NCBI GenBank assembly: GCA_003693705.1
Contig: RBZT01000315.1
Location: 1-32,481 of the forward strand
DNA length: 32,481 bases
Source of the DNA: Polymyxa betae A26-41
Lineage: Eukaryota > Protista > Endomyxa: Phytomyxea
Reading direction: 5' to 3'
The notes beneath the pieces are model-generated. The model saw only the letters and a list, made by a program, of their open reading frames with translations, was not told the DNA's origin and did no database searches. Within the stretch, counting starts at the first letter, position 1. Each line of letters opens with the position of its first letter. Positions 8,689 to 21,157 of the stretch are shown here, piece by piece. The position numbers and the translations under genes are program-made.

Positions 8689-9908
8689 TACTCCCATGCT
8701 TTTTTATTGATAGATTCAGGTATCAAGCCCAGGAGGATTTCAAAATCACCCTCTGGCGTTTCTCAGTCGCTCTCGTCCGCTTTTTTTTACAGGACCTGCC
8801 TTCAGCAGGACTGTTCTCATGTCTCCGCCGGCTGAATTACATCACCTGCTTCTGAGAACATCAAGATGTCCAAAGCCATTGATTTCAGTGATGATGCATT
8901 AGCGTGGGTCCCAGCTTTTATTGTCTGTGTCCATCGTTTGTGAGACATGACCGACGAGAGAGACGGATCAAGCAGATCAGCCTCCAACCAACATCAGTAT
9001 GCTGTTCGTCGTTTTGATTATCTTCTTAGTTACACATTTATGTGCGATAAAACAAAGCTCAATACATATTATCAACTTCCTTTAGTTACGCGACGTTTTA
9101 CGGTTTGGTCGTTTTATCGATCACTGGTCGATCTACCTAGGGATTGCAGCCAAGCGTCGACATAACCTTCGGGGGCGCCGCCAACTCTATTTGATCGGTT
9201 TCGCACCAAGAGCCCGTGGAGACTTCTGCAGTCTTTTGCTTCAACTGGGAGCTTCGCCTAATCATTTAAGTCTAGAAAAACAAGACGGATCTTAAGTCGA
9301 GAGTGATGACAAAATTAGCTGCTTTTCAGCAGGTACCGGTGGAAATCGGGGCCGTGCTGCACCGGGACGCCCAGCCCATGCAATGCAAACTGTACATTCA
9401 ATTTTAGCTGTGAGTAGCAACAATCGGTCAGCTGTCTATGTGCAAATGCTGATATCGAGCTGTTACCATGTCATCTTTGCAATGGAATTTTTTAAAAAGA
9501 TTCTGGTCCGCTCGTCAATGATAGCAGCATACTTCACCAGCTGGGCTGGGCATCTCAACATCAGGCATCCGAATGCTTCATGGCAAATGAAACAGCAATA
9601 CTTTCTTGCGAAAATTCGAACAGTTCAAAAGTAACAATACCGGTATGAATATAGACGCTTGCAAACAACAGGCTCTCCAAAAAGGTTATCCTTCTCAAAC
9701 CGCTTTCATAAAAATACATTGTCTTTAAATAATGCTATCCCGATTTCTGATTCGCTTGGAGAAGGTCTACCTACTTACCAGAGTAGGAATGTTGAGGGCT
9801 GCGGCGTCTCATGACTGTCTTTCCAATGAGTATCGTTAATGACCATGAGCTCTGCTGGGCTCCGCTCTTTCCTTCATTTTAATACTCGTCTATCTGTCTG
9901 GCCTTGTC

Positions 9909-11163
9909 ATGGACCCAACCGCTATCATCTCTGAGATTGAGACGATCCGCTTGAACGACTTCCAAGGTAGCCGAGCTCGCCTGCGTCTCTTGACCTATTG
10001 AACACCTTGCTGTAGTATGTCAGAGGATCAACTTGATTGAGACCCAGATCAATAGGCTGAAACGCCCTGAACGAGAGACGATTATCGACACAGGTTGTCC
10101 ATCGCTATCTGCGAGATTGGTTCTATGCTTGAATGTAACTTTGCAGATAGCACACTCCGATTTCGTATTGAAGCAGAGAACGATCATCTATCTATGCGAC
10201 AGCAGCAGATTATCGGTTTTACAAAAAGCTTATGGTATGCCGAGTTCCTGTAATCCGAAATGTTATAATTTGTGTTAGTTTGAGGTTCGATTCTGAGATT
10301 CAGAAGCTTAATGAAGCATGTGAGAGGCAAACGAAGCGAATACGACAACAGCTTGGCTACGATGAGACTCAAGAAAAGGTTACACATGCTCATGGTAATC
10401 GCTCAACTTTATCATAATGCGTATTCATTTCGCGGCCATAGAGCGCCTGGCTCAAGCTCGAGAGGAGCTTGCATTGTTGAGAACCGAGCAAACCCATCTC
10501 ACACACCAAATCGAAGCTGAGCGTCAGCTGCAGAAAGCCCATGAATCCGCCATTGCTGAAATGCAGAATTTCCTGAAATTTGGCAAAGCATTACGTCAAT
10601 CTGTTACTCGGCTACATGTTAGCCAAAAGCAATTACAGGCCCTGGACAAACGTATAGCTGTGATGAGGGCAAAGAGTACAGCAAGGCCAAATCGAACGCC
10701 TCCTACTACTGGAGGCGGTCGAATACCTCAATCATTTCAGGATGTTAGTGGAATTTCTAGACGTTCAGGCCAGCATGCCAGTGGTGCTACCCCTTCAGCT
10801 GGGGCTGTACTCCAAACTAATGCCTCTTCAATGCCACCTCCTGTAGCAAGGATTCAAGCTCGTGAGGCTCCTGCCGCTCCATCTCCGGCCGCTCTAAAGC
10901 AAGCGCGTAATTCTACAATTGTAAAAGGAAAGCAGGCTCGCCATCCGATCGGTGGTTCCGTAAATATTAGCAAGACATCCTCAAAGCAAACAGAGCCGCC
11001 AGCTGTGACACCCAATGAAGCGAACAATTTCTACGAATCTGTATGGGCCGACGATTTCGATTATCTCGAAGCCCCATGCAATCAACTGAACCAAATGCCG
11101 CCGCAGCGACAAGTTTATTCGCTGAGCGGATCCGATGACGACAGCGCCATATATATCGATTGA
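9909..11163 (+). CDS. Hypothetical coiled-coil protein with disordered C-terminus (about 5 exons)
   Basis: Four short GT-AG introns splice into a continuous frame: MDPTAIISEIETIRLNDFQVCQRINLIETQ...HERLAQAREELALLRTEQ...DDDSAIYID*. Confidence 0.75.
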
Positions 11164-11195
11164 AGATTAAATCTGCAGAAAACCATCATCGATCA

Positions 11196-12690
11196 TCACT
11201 TCTTCTTTTTCTTGCCTTTCTTGCTGCCCTTCTTGCCTTTCTTTCCAGAAATCAGATTTGGCATCTCCCAGGCCTTCAGAGCCACGATGAACGTATTCGG
11301 CATCGATTTAACCAACGCAGGTCCGTTAGGAAGATGTAAACTAACATCGATTTAACACTTACTACCAGAAAAAATTCCTGCAATTCGAAATCTTTACGAG
11401 TAAAGGTGCAATTTTGCAATTGCAGAAATCAAAATGAAAAAAACGCATTCTTCGAGAAGAGAGTTTGCAACGTGCAATTTTGAAATTGCAAAAATCAAAT
11501 GGGGAAAATGCAGTTTTCGAGAAGAAAGTTTGCAAATCTCCAAAAATGAAAGAGAGTTAGCAACATAGAAAGGCAACGTACTGTTTGGCCCGATCTCGAA
11601 TCTTCTCAAGATTGCCCACCAACACGTCCAAAATCGGGTGCGAAATCGGCAGGAACTTTCTCCCGATATCGAACGCGACCGAAAGGAACACGAACGCCTC
11701 ATCGGGACGCGACCGATTCCCGAGACATGCGGCGACGTTATTCAACGTTGTCACCTGGTCGGGAAACGACGAGTCGCCGGTGACGGCGTCGACGAATTGC
11801 ATGCGCATTTCCAAGGCGGCGTAATGGCATTTGAGGGCGATGTCGACCCAGCCGCAATAGTACGCCGACGTCCCGATCGCGCTGTGAATCAGAGAGTTGA
11901 CCGGATGGGCGGTGTTCACCGTATTATACTCTTCCACGAGGATGGCGTTCATCAGTTCTCGCGCTTTCCAGGCCGCCATCAGGCCCAGATCGTCCTCTTT
12001 CAAAAAGCTACGAAGGCGATTTTCGTAGAGCAGAATGTAGATTCGGGCGTTGGCTCGCTGCCGCTTCGTCAGAATCGGCTCTGGCGTCTTGTGCGCTTCT
12101 GGAGGCTCGACGCCGTCTTCGTGCGTTGGGCTGAAAGGCGGATTTGCTGCTGCAATCGCCTGTTCGTCTTGCTGGTCAAGATAGCGCCACACGCTCTGAA
12201 TTCGTTGAAGAGCGTCGCGATATTGCCTCCTCGAGCATCGAATCCGTAATTCATCCAGCGCTCGAGCGATTTCCGGATCTCGATCGAGATCGGCGGGCGC
12301 CACGAAATCATCGCGAATGAACTGAAGCGGGTCGCCGGGGATATGCAGCCCCGAAGCCATCATGGTCTCCGACGAGACCAGATTCTGTAGGGCGATTTGC
12401 AGGGAGCGGATCTCGTCATTGGCGCCGTTGTCTTCGTTATCGGACGATTCCAGGTCGTCGTCGACCTCATACGAATCCCACGTCTTCTTCTTAAGGCGGG
12501 CGGTCGGCCTCGATTTCGGAATGTGAAGGAAATCGGGGAGATTCTTGAGACGGGCGTAGATGGCGATCAGCTCGCGGTAGTGGTCCTGGCTGGATTCGGG
12601 CAAGTACGGCCGGTCGCTGTCATCGTCGGCGACCGCTTCGTTCAGGACCGCCTTGACCAGCGCCGCTGTCGACGAGGTCGACAGGAACAT
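11196..12690 (-). CDS. TPR-like repeat protein with C-terminal poly-lysine tail (2 exons)
   Basis: 377-aa ORF with TPR-like helices (AIGTSAYYCGWVDIALKCHYAALEMR; TTLNNVAACL). Intron 11581-11341 (GTACGT...TAG) joins in frame to LHLPNGP...ISGKKGKKGSKKGKKKKK*. Confidence 0.8.
11406..11536. repeat. ~66-bp imperfect tandem duplication inside the intron
   Basis: gtgcaatttt g.aattgca.aaatcaaa...tcgagaaga.agtttgcaa occurs at 11406-11471 and 11472-11536. Confidence 0.75.
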
Positions 12691-13152
12691 TGTGCCTCGC
12701 AGACGATGTCATAAGGCACGCGCCAATATCGATCGATGTGAGAGAATGGTTTCGGGTCGGCGCTTTCAAACCGACTATGAACGAATGAGCAGAGAAATTG
12801 ACGCCGATCTATGAAATTTTCTATCATTTCCCGATTCCCCGTTTTCAAAAGGATGTTTCCGAATTGTTCAAATCCATCTCATCCGATTCACATACCACTC
12901 TTCAAATTGAAATTCAGTTGAAAGTTACGGTGAGAGGAAGAACGAACAAAACGGCCCTATCACTAACTATAACAGAATCGAAATTCTAGAGTTCGCTTTA
13001 TAAAACTTTACGAATGGATCAAACATTGAATACATTGCAAAAGAGGAACAATTTGTGAAGTTTATTCAATCGTTTGAAAATCCTCAAACATGGCCATTCC
13101 AAACCGCATAATTCCATTTTCAAATTGAACCATATAACAGCTGTATCACGAA

Positions 13153-13431
13153 TCAAGACGGTGTCTCCCGAATTTTATAGACTGCAAGGGCGAAAAAGCC
13201 CACCCCGATGGCCATGACGATTAGACCAATTCTATGACGTTGATCATATCTCTAAAACATTCATACGATTACTTACGAGCGAGTAATTGGGCGGCTGGGT
13301 TCTATGTAGAAGTCGCCTACAATGACGGTGGCAATCCCAAGAACGACGAGAATGATCCCGATTGTTCCAATTATGATCAGAACGCACGAGAGCGTCTTTA
13401 GAAGTGGCGGTTGTCGATGAGCATTCATCAT
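13153..13431 (-). CDS. Small two-transmembrane hypothetical protein (2 exons)
   Basis: MMNAHRQPPLLKTLSCVLIIIGTIGIILVVLGIATVIVGDF...TRS, a GTAAGT...TAG intron, then IGLIVMAIGVGFFALAVYKIRETPS*. The start is uncertain. Confidence 0.55.
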
Positions 13432-14480
13432 TTTCAGAGCGATTCGTGAACGCTGCACCCTCAGGAATACTGTCTGTAGCAGGTTTGAGGTTTCGGCGTC
13501 GTACCGGAAGGCAGGTTGCTACAAGAATAATGATATTATTTCATTATTCTGCTACTGTAGTAATCAAAACCGAACCAATGGAAATTCACCGTCTTTTGAG
13601 GAAAAAGAATGCAAAATTGAAGATAAAATTTGCGATTTTTTGTACGTATTAAAGTACTGTGCTTATTTTGGCTTTGTAATGTTTAAACGTGTGATGATTG
13701 TGTAACGTTGTGGCTCTATACGATACAAGTAACGGTAACGTATCAGATTTAATCAGATACGAAACAGAAAGAATGGAGAATGCATAGAGAAGAACAAGAA
13801 AAAAATAGATTTATTCAGCAGAGTATGAGACATTTTGGACTTGGAAAATGATGGAGATTTTTCGTTGTGTTTTAGTTGCCAAATGGAAAACTTGTTGGAT
13901 TTGGATGATATTCGAAAAAAAGAATTGGAAAATGACAAAAAAACAATTCGGGTGAAAATCGACAGCTCCTTTCAACAGAGTATGAGCGGCATTAATACGA
14001 GGAAAGCACTCAGTTAAACAATTCTTTGGACATTTTTATAATTGAAACAAAATCATTCTTTAAATAATCCTCCCAGATAAGACGCTCTGAAAAATCTTCA
14101 CCATAAATCCCGGAAGATATATCAAGAGGAGGGCATTGGTAAGCATCACACGGAAGGAGTCGTATTGCAATCGATATCCAGATACAATAAATAGAAGCTG
14201 TACATGCTGTTTAATTCCATCTTTATCCAAACGATTAAGAACTTTTATGCAGCAGCCATGATCTTGAAAATTGCGATGTGTAATCTACCGCAAAAATGAT
14301 GATTTAAGCAGATCTTCAAAACTGTTTGTCATAAATATCAGACCAAGAATGAAGAAGCTTCAAATTCAACAAAAATTCATACGAATCAGCTCTTAGATAG
14401 GACGTATAGCGTCCCATTCGGGCTTTTTCCAGCGAGAAATTCACGAGCTAATTCCAGTACGAGCCGCTTTCGATTCCGTC

Positions 14481-15511
14481 TCAAGAAAACCGTCTCCGGT
14501 ACCGATGTTCGTCGATCTTCTGCTTCAGCAGCTGCAATGTGAGCTCGGCATCGGCCCGCTCATATGGATCCAGCCGGTCGCTGATCCTCAGATGCCGGAT
14601 CAGCTCCAGAGCGAACTTCAGGATGCCGCCGGCGATGAATCGCGCGTCCAGCATCCACTCGCGCAGATGACGCATCCGCTCCAAGCTCGGAATCTCCACG
14701 AAGAAATCCTCCCGATGAACCTTCACGAAAAGCTGCTCTGCAGTAATATCATACAGCTCGGCATCAACACGGGCCATACTAAAATCCTCTCAGAAAATGA
14801 CAAAAACAACACAAAAAACAAAGAAAAACAAAAACAAAAACAAACAGAAACGACCCACCTATAGAGGGCCAGTACGGGATCATACTGGAACGTCGGCGTG
14901 AACGCCAACTTGAGGTCGTCGAGCGACACGCCGAACCGGGATTCGGCGGCGGGGCCGTACTGGACCACGGCCTGGCTGATGCTGGAGCCGCACAGCTCCG
15001 AGAGGCGATGGCGTTTGGCGAAGACGAACAGGTCGTAGCCGAGGGTGCGGTCGCGGCGGCACCGGATCGTCAGCATCTTGTCGCATTCGCGCTGGACGCG
15101 CTCGGCCCGGACGAGGCTGGCCAGTACGGCGAACGCGGCAAGGTCCGGGGTCGGGATCGCCCGCAGCTCGTTGGTGATGACGTTGAGTTCGAAGGCGGCG
15201 TCGGCTTTTCGACGTTTGCGCTCGCTGGAGAGGTCGAGGATCGTCTGCAGCAACCGGAGAAGGCGCTCGAACAGCTTGACGATATTCACGGGATGGCGTT
15301 CTGGATTTAGAACGCCAACGAGCTCGACGGTTGGGAGCTGAACTCGATAAGTCGATGAGAATCGGTTGGCGGAAGACGGGTGGATCTGGCTTAGGAATTC
15401 GCCTTGGAATATCAGCGGGTTGACGACGAATTGCTGGGCGCCGGTATCGATGGTGATTGGGACGACCTGGGGATCCACCGTCCAAAGACACCAACATGCA
15501 ACAGGTTGCAT
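14481..15511 (-). CDS. Hypothetical protein (2 exons), GC-rich
   Basis: Long GC-rich ORF from MQPVACWCLW to PVLALY, a T-rich GTGGGT...TAG intron (~14858-14779), then MARVDAELYDITAEQ...HRYRRRFS*. No recognised domain. Confidence 0.7.
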
Positions 15512-15512
15512 A

Positions 15513-15800
15513 TTTTCTGTCCTTTGGTTAAGAAACTTTCGAACGCATTTATTCAACGTTCATTTATTTTCCAGGCATGTTCTCTGGAAATCATCTTTAA
15601 TTCTGTAAAATCGACATTCTTTTCTTTACTGTCTGCGCGCATATTTCGACTCACGCAGTTTGTTTGTCTTAACGATTTTCATACGCATTAAAGTGATTAA
15701 ACGTTCATTTTTTTTGTCTTAACAATTTTCGGACGCATTTTACTCTCTTGTGCAGATGTGCTTTGAAAAACATCTTTCTGTAAAAATCGACGCTCTTTTC
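15513..15800. repeat. Imperfect repeats in the divergent intergenic region
   Basis: ttaa.a..tt(t)c..acgcatt occurs three times. aacgttcattt and catcttt..ctgtaaaa(a)tcgac..tcttttc each occur twice. Confidence 0.55.
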
Positions 15801-15925
15801 GTCATGGTCAAAAAGCATATCTCAAAACACACGCAGTTTTATTTCTCGACGATTTTATAAAATCGCGTAACTATTTGCGCAAAAAATGTGCCAGCTTTCT
15901 GCGAAGGCCATGTCGCTGACCTGAA

Positions 15926-17982
15926 ATGTCGTCATGCGATTTCCGAGATCGATTGGCCATGGAGCGTTTTTCACAGCGGAAATCGCAAGTTCTCGGTGCG
16001 CTAGCACAAGGGTCCGATGACAGGTCGCCCAAGGGCTCTGTGGATGCCCCGATCGTCGACCTATTAGACGCTATTAATGACCATTCTTTCTACTTCACAA
16101 CGAGCTCTTGCTCAGGGCGGGTCGCTATCTGCTACGTCTCTCCAGATCGCTTTAATCGCTGGCTACTCGTATCGCACGATCCGATTGTCGTCGACGATAT
16201 CTCGAAAGCTCTTTGCCAGTATTCGCCTGATAGCGATCAAGATTCTCTCAAGATTGTATTCGAAGCGTTTATTCTTTGCATTGAATGTTGCGATCTCAAA
16301 TCAGCATCGAAGCTATGGCAAGCTGCTGTCTCTGCTGGCTGTCGCGAATCCGGAATTCAAACGAATAACGCTCGCAATGGCCGAATTCACGTCTCGGTCC
16401 GCTGTAGCGTTCGTCTGGAAGTTCCCATCGCTGATGGATTCGCCATTCTCATCGATGATCGCTACACGAAGCATTTAGTTGATGTCATCAATCACAAATT
16501 CGCGTTGAATCAAGCAAAGATCGACTCGTTTTCGCAAGCGTTCGCGAATTTATCTTCAAAACCGGAGTCGGCGTCCCGAGGCCTTTCTAGCATCGTTGTC
16601 GAGCGATGTTTCGTTGATCAGGTCGTTAGGAATCTCAAACAGATGGGAGATGGCTTGCTAGATACAAAATCGGGCAGAAGGATTCAAGCTCTATCGGGGT
16701 CGAAGCTGGCCGTTCCTATTTCGGAGTCAGCTCGGGAACGAATCGATGAGATCATCGAGTTGCTCCCGTTTGACGTCGAGCTCCAATCGGACGACAACGA
16801 AGGGCTGATTGCGAAGACGTCGGAATCGCCACTGCAACGTTTAAGGCGGCTGATATCGGCGCTGAATCCGCCTCAGCATCTGCTCGAGAAGCTCCCAACG
16901 CGCTGGGAGCAGCTGGGCGATCTGATCCTGCTTCCATCGTCGGCGTTGACGGAGCCGGAATGGGCCAGTATCGATTCGGCCGAGTTATTCGGCACCATCG
17001 CCAAAGCGCTGAGCGTGCGTCGAATCGGACGCCAGTCTGCGATCGATCCTTCCGCGAAAAGGGAGAGCCATGATGTTGTTCTATATGGAGATGATGGCTG
17101 GGTTCGTCATAAAGAGAACGGCATCATTTACGAATTCGATGTCACCAAAAGTTGTTAACAATTGTTCAATTTGAAATTTTGATGTTTTATTTCGAATTCT
17201 TCAAAGTTTTTTAAAAGTTATCAATTGTAGTTGTAGTTTATCTTTCTCGCCAATTTTATTCGCTTCTCGTTGTTACTTTTGCTTTAGCTTCGTTTTTCGT
17301 TTCGTAACTTCTGGTCAAACTTCGCTTTTAAATTATGTCAATTTCCATTATCTTGTGTCGTTTACTGATCTTTCGGTTAGCAATGTTCTCTTCTGGGAAT
17401 GGGACCGAGAGAAAGAGAATAGGAGACGTTGTCCAACCTGGAGAAGTAATCGCAGATTTGGTAAGCGTTCACCTTCCTCTATTACAGTAGTTGAGTCCTA
17501 ACTTCCACTAGTTCTGTGGTATTGGATACTTTTCCATTCCCGCTCTAATTCACGGCAAGGCTTCGTTTGCTTATCTTTGCGAATGGAACGAGAACACGGA
17601 AGCTGCATTGCGTCGGTCGTTAAAAGCTAATCATATCAAGGCGGATCGTTTTCAGATATATGCCGGAGATAACCGAGAGGCTGGTCTTGATAGCGTCGCT
17701 GATCGCGTTCTGCTGGGTCTCATCCCGACTTCAGAAATGAGCTGGAGGACTGCACTTGTAGCGTTGAAGGATTGTGGCGGCTGGCTTCACATTCATGAAA
17801 ACGTTGCTGCCAGAGCTGAAGATGAGTTCGTCGCTGGCTTAACTGCTAAGCTCGACGGTCTTATTTCCGGTCTGCCATCCGAACGAAAACGTCGGTGGAA
17901 AGCTGCTGTCAGACACGTTGAGATTGTCAAGTCATATGCTCCTAAGATCAATCATTGCGTTTTTGATGTGTTCCTTGAATGA
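15926..17982 (+). CDS. TYW3-TYW2: tRNA wybutosine-synthesizing TYW3-TYW2 fusion protein (3 exons: 15926-17150, 17381-17460, 17512-17982)
   Basis: TYW3 motifs DRSPKGSVDAPI, FTTSSCSGR, WLLVSH and AGCRESG. TYW2/Trm12 motifs WEQLGDLILLP, ENGIIYEFDVTKTMFSSGNGTER, DLFCGIGYF, CEWN, ADRVLLGLIPTS, GGWLHIHENV and VKSYAPKINH. Confidence 0.93.
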
Positions 17983-18412
17983 AGCGTTTAATAACTTATT
18001 TGTCTATATGATACCTCGATTTCGCTTCTTTCAGTCTCCAGCTCTTCGAGGATACATGCTGTTATTAATGACACTTTTTAATGGGTTTTTACGACAGAAA
18101 CCCCTTTCAACTCGATATCTCGTTTTGCTTCTTTCAGCTGGCCACAGTGCCGTTTTTATGATAATGTTGAGCATGAAATGCTTTCGGCTCCGACCGGTGT
18201 CAAGCTGATTAAACAATATCGTTTACGTTCTGCTACATAGAGATAGCGAAATCGTAGCATCAAAGAATAGCAACAGCTATAAGTATATTACCCCTATCAC
18301 TACAGATACTCAGCGAAGCTGCACTTGTAACAAGTTCTTGCAACAGAAAGATCCAGATGAAGGCGACATCACGATCACGATAACGAGTTCAAGAGTGGAA
18401 TTTGGTCCGGTG

Positions 18413-19564
18413 TTAAAACCAGAAGGTCATGGTCTTTTTAGCTTGTGCTCCACAATGACACATCTTTCCAATGGGCGTCGATTCAAGGTGGCCCAGACAG
18501 ACTCCCTCGAATTGGGGATGGTCGGTCGCGAAGCTTTTCTCGCCGCGTTCGTGACGTTCCTGCAATGCGTGCCAGCATTTCCGAATCAAATCTTGTAAAT
18601 CCTTCGGATCTCTATGCAGAAGAATGTCAGCGCGTTTGAACAAATCCGCCAGATCTCGTGCACGATCCTGTCGGTTCGGTTCGCGGCCCAGTACGACCTG
18701 CATTACTAAGGGATAGCTAACGAGCTGAGTCTTGTATGTACCTTGACGAGCGTGGTTAGGTTAAATGTGTATCCTGGAGGAATCTTATCTGTCTCATGCA
18801 GCCGATCGGTCTTGAAGACTTCTCCGAGAGACAGAAACGAAAAGAAATGAACGCCTTTGACCAACCTGATGCTGGTTCAATATTTAACGACATCTGAAAC
18901 CGTTTCGGCAAACAGACCCGATCTCGCTTAAGAGAGGTTCCACAACATGCCAATCCGCTTGGCAAACGACGGTCGCATCAATCGGGACGAACTTGATGAG
19001 ACGTGCCGTCAGCAGATCCAGACTCTGTTTCATTCCATGCTTAAAGTCTTCCCGTGAGATACCGGTGATGGGAGTTAGGAGCGATTTGAATTCGATTTTG
19101 GGAGAGAGCGACGTTGTCCCCGTGATGAAGGTGGAAATTTCTATCCGCAAATCAGCCTTAAATCATCCCAAAGCTCAATTAAACGTGATATTTTTAAGCA
19201 AACACAAAAAAAACGCAAATTAACGTGATAGCTTAAAAGCAAGCACAAAACGGTGAAAAGGTTATATCATCTCAAAGCGCAATCTAACGGAATAGCATAA
19301 ATGCAAACTCATTGTTAGATCATCTCAAAGCTCAATTTAACGTGATAGCTTAAAAGCAAACACAAAAAAGTGAAAGTATGTTAGAAATAACCAAAATCAA
19401 CAGATACCCCTCTTTTCCTCGAAGGAGCCCCACTCGCCGAGCCGGTCGCGAACCAGCTTGATGGCTTGGACACGTACTGGAAAACGGTCTGTGCACCGGG
19501 GCCCGGTCGCCCCGCTTTGGATATCGATGACGACATAATTCTGACACTTCTTCGTGAGAGACAT
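18413..19564 (-). CDS. Divergent DEDDh/REX-type exonuclease-like protein, catalytic residues apparently degenerate (about 4 exons)
   Basis: YVVIDIQSGATG (ExoI-like, E replaced by Q), LLTPITGISREDFKHG, DATVVCQ and a C-terminal SFATDHPQFEGVCLG...CHCGA. Intron 19407-19141 splices in frame (KRE|IST). Confidence 0.6.
19160..19378. repeat. Imperfect repeats filling a 267-nt intron
   Basis: atcatc.caaagc.caat occurs three times and aacgtgata...aagcaa.cacaaaa occurs three times. Confidence 0.7.
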
Positions 19565-20122
19565 ATCAGCCTTGATTGTGCAAATCTGAAAAGCGGTCAC
19601 TGGTTGAGATTCCACCGCGGTACGGCTTCATTCAAAGCCATTCATTGCCGGCCATGATGCTCTCGAGGACTTGAATTTAGCTTCGCATTACGCCTGGACA
19701 TCTGAAGTTTTCTTTCCCAAGCTTAGAAGATTTGACGGCCTCCGAGGATCATGGAGACCAGTATCCTTCAACACTCTCGAGCTTAGCTGTTAACGAAGAC
19801 CGGCAGTAGAAGACCTGCTTGTCCCAGGCTCTTCAATGGCAAAGCATTTTCGGAATGTCGGCATAGTTGACGGGACTTGTCCTATTGGAGGAATTGCTAT
19901 TATCAGGTTTCGAGGTCTATAGGCTGAAGCTTCAAGACGTTTCGAAATTTATATTTTGATAAAAGCAAGCAAACTTTTGAGAAATTTTGTTACAAGGGCG
20001 CGCGGCCTTCGCTTACAGTCGCAGGTTGGAATTCAAAAGGGCGCGCGTTTCTAGGCATCACTGAAGCTTGGCTCAGTGAAGTTGTTAAAACATGGCGATG
20101 GTATAGAGATCTCACAAACGAG

Positions 20123-21157
20123 ATGACTGAACTGATCAAAAATGGCATCTGGACGCGGCCGCGTCGAGCGTTGTCTAACATCACCAATAATCCGTTGCAA
20201 AGAGATGGCAAGAAGACAGTTAGGACCCAGAAACCGGCCGCTAGGAAAACTGTCACCGTTCCTCGCTTGGAGGTCGATGATGCCTACGAAAATATGAGGT
20301 TGTTATCGAATCCATTGACGTCCTTTCGATGTTGCCTGAGCGATGTTATAGAAAGAACGAGATGAAATATTACGCCTGTGAAGATTACATATTTTCTCTG
20401 AAACAGACTGCTGTTACTCATAAAATGAGAACCATTCTGATGTCTTGGCTGACTGAGGTCGCTACTCTTTTCAATTGAGGTCGAGATATTCATCTTTGAA
20501 AAAGGTTGCTGACGTGTACGACCTATGCTGCCAAACTATACACTTGGCTGTGTATTTGGTTGATGCTTTTCTTACGAGACAGCACAACATACCGAGAGCT
20601 GATCTACAGCTGGTCGGTGTCACAAGCATGTTGATTGCGGCGAAATATGGTAATGTCAGAATACGATCGATGTTGGTTGAAAGTTTCAAACTGTTTGCTT
20701 AGAGGAAATGCATCCGCCTTCACCACAGGATTGCTCTTACATAACTGACTACACCTATACAGCAAAGCAGGTCCTGGAAATGGAGAAGATTATTCTAGTA
20801 ACACTTCAATTCAAGATCAGTGCTGTCACCAGCCTCGAATTTAGGGGACACTTCCAATGCGAGCATCCTTTGGTTGATTACCTACTTGAATTGGCGTTGC
20901 TGCATCCTGTTTGTCTGTGCTATAAGCCATCGCAACTAGCTGCTGCAGCTTGTGCCTATACTAGAGCTGCGCTTGGCGAAAAGATCTGGACTGACGCCAT
21001 GACAGCCAGGTCGTGCTACAAATTCGAGGACATTAGGCCCGTGATTGTTCATATTCAGAATTTGCACCGGAAGAGCGCCGGTCGGTCCAATCATCGGCAC
21101 AAGAAAGCGATTGACGGTTTTGGAGAGCCTCTGAAGCGAATTCCGACGTCTATCTAG
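20123..21157 (+). CDS. A/B-type mitotic cyclin (4 exons)
   Basis: D-box RRALSNITN. Cyclin box MRTILMSWLTE|VADVY...LAVYLVDAFL...LQLVGVTSMLIAAKY|EEMHPP...YITDYTY...MEKIIL and YLLELALL...YKPSQLAAAA. Confidence 0.93.

Noticed and set aside
11585-12714. + strand ORFs of 79-203 aa
   Set aside because: Shadow ORFs antisense to the GC-rich TPR-like gene.
13753-14400. AT-rich, Lys/Glu-rich broken frames
   Set aside because: Many stops and no motif, so they cannot be assigned to a gene or element.
14505-15497. 205-aa Arg/Pro-rich - strand ORF and several + strand ORFs
   Set aside because: Alternative-frame and antisense shadows of the 15511-14481 gene, with composition typical of GC-rich off-frames.
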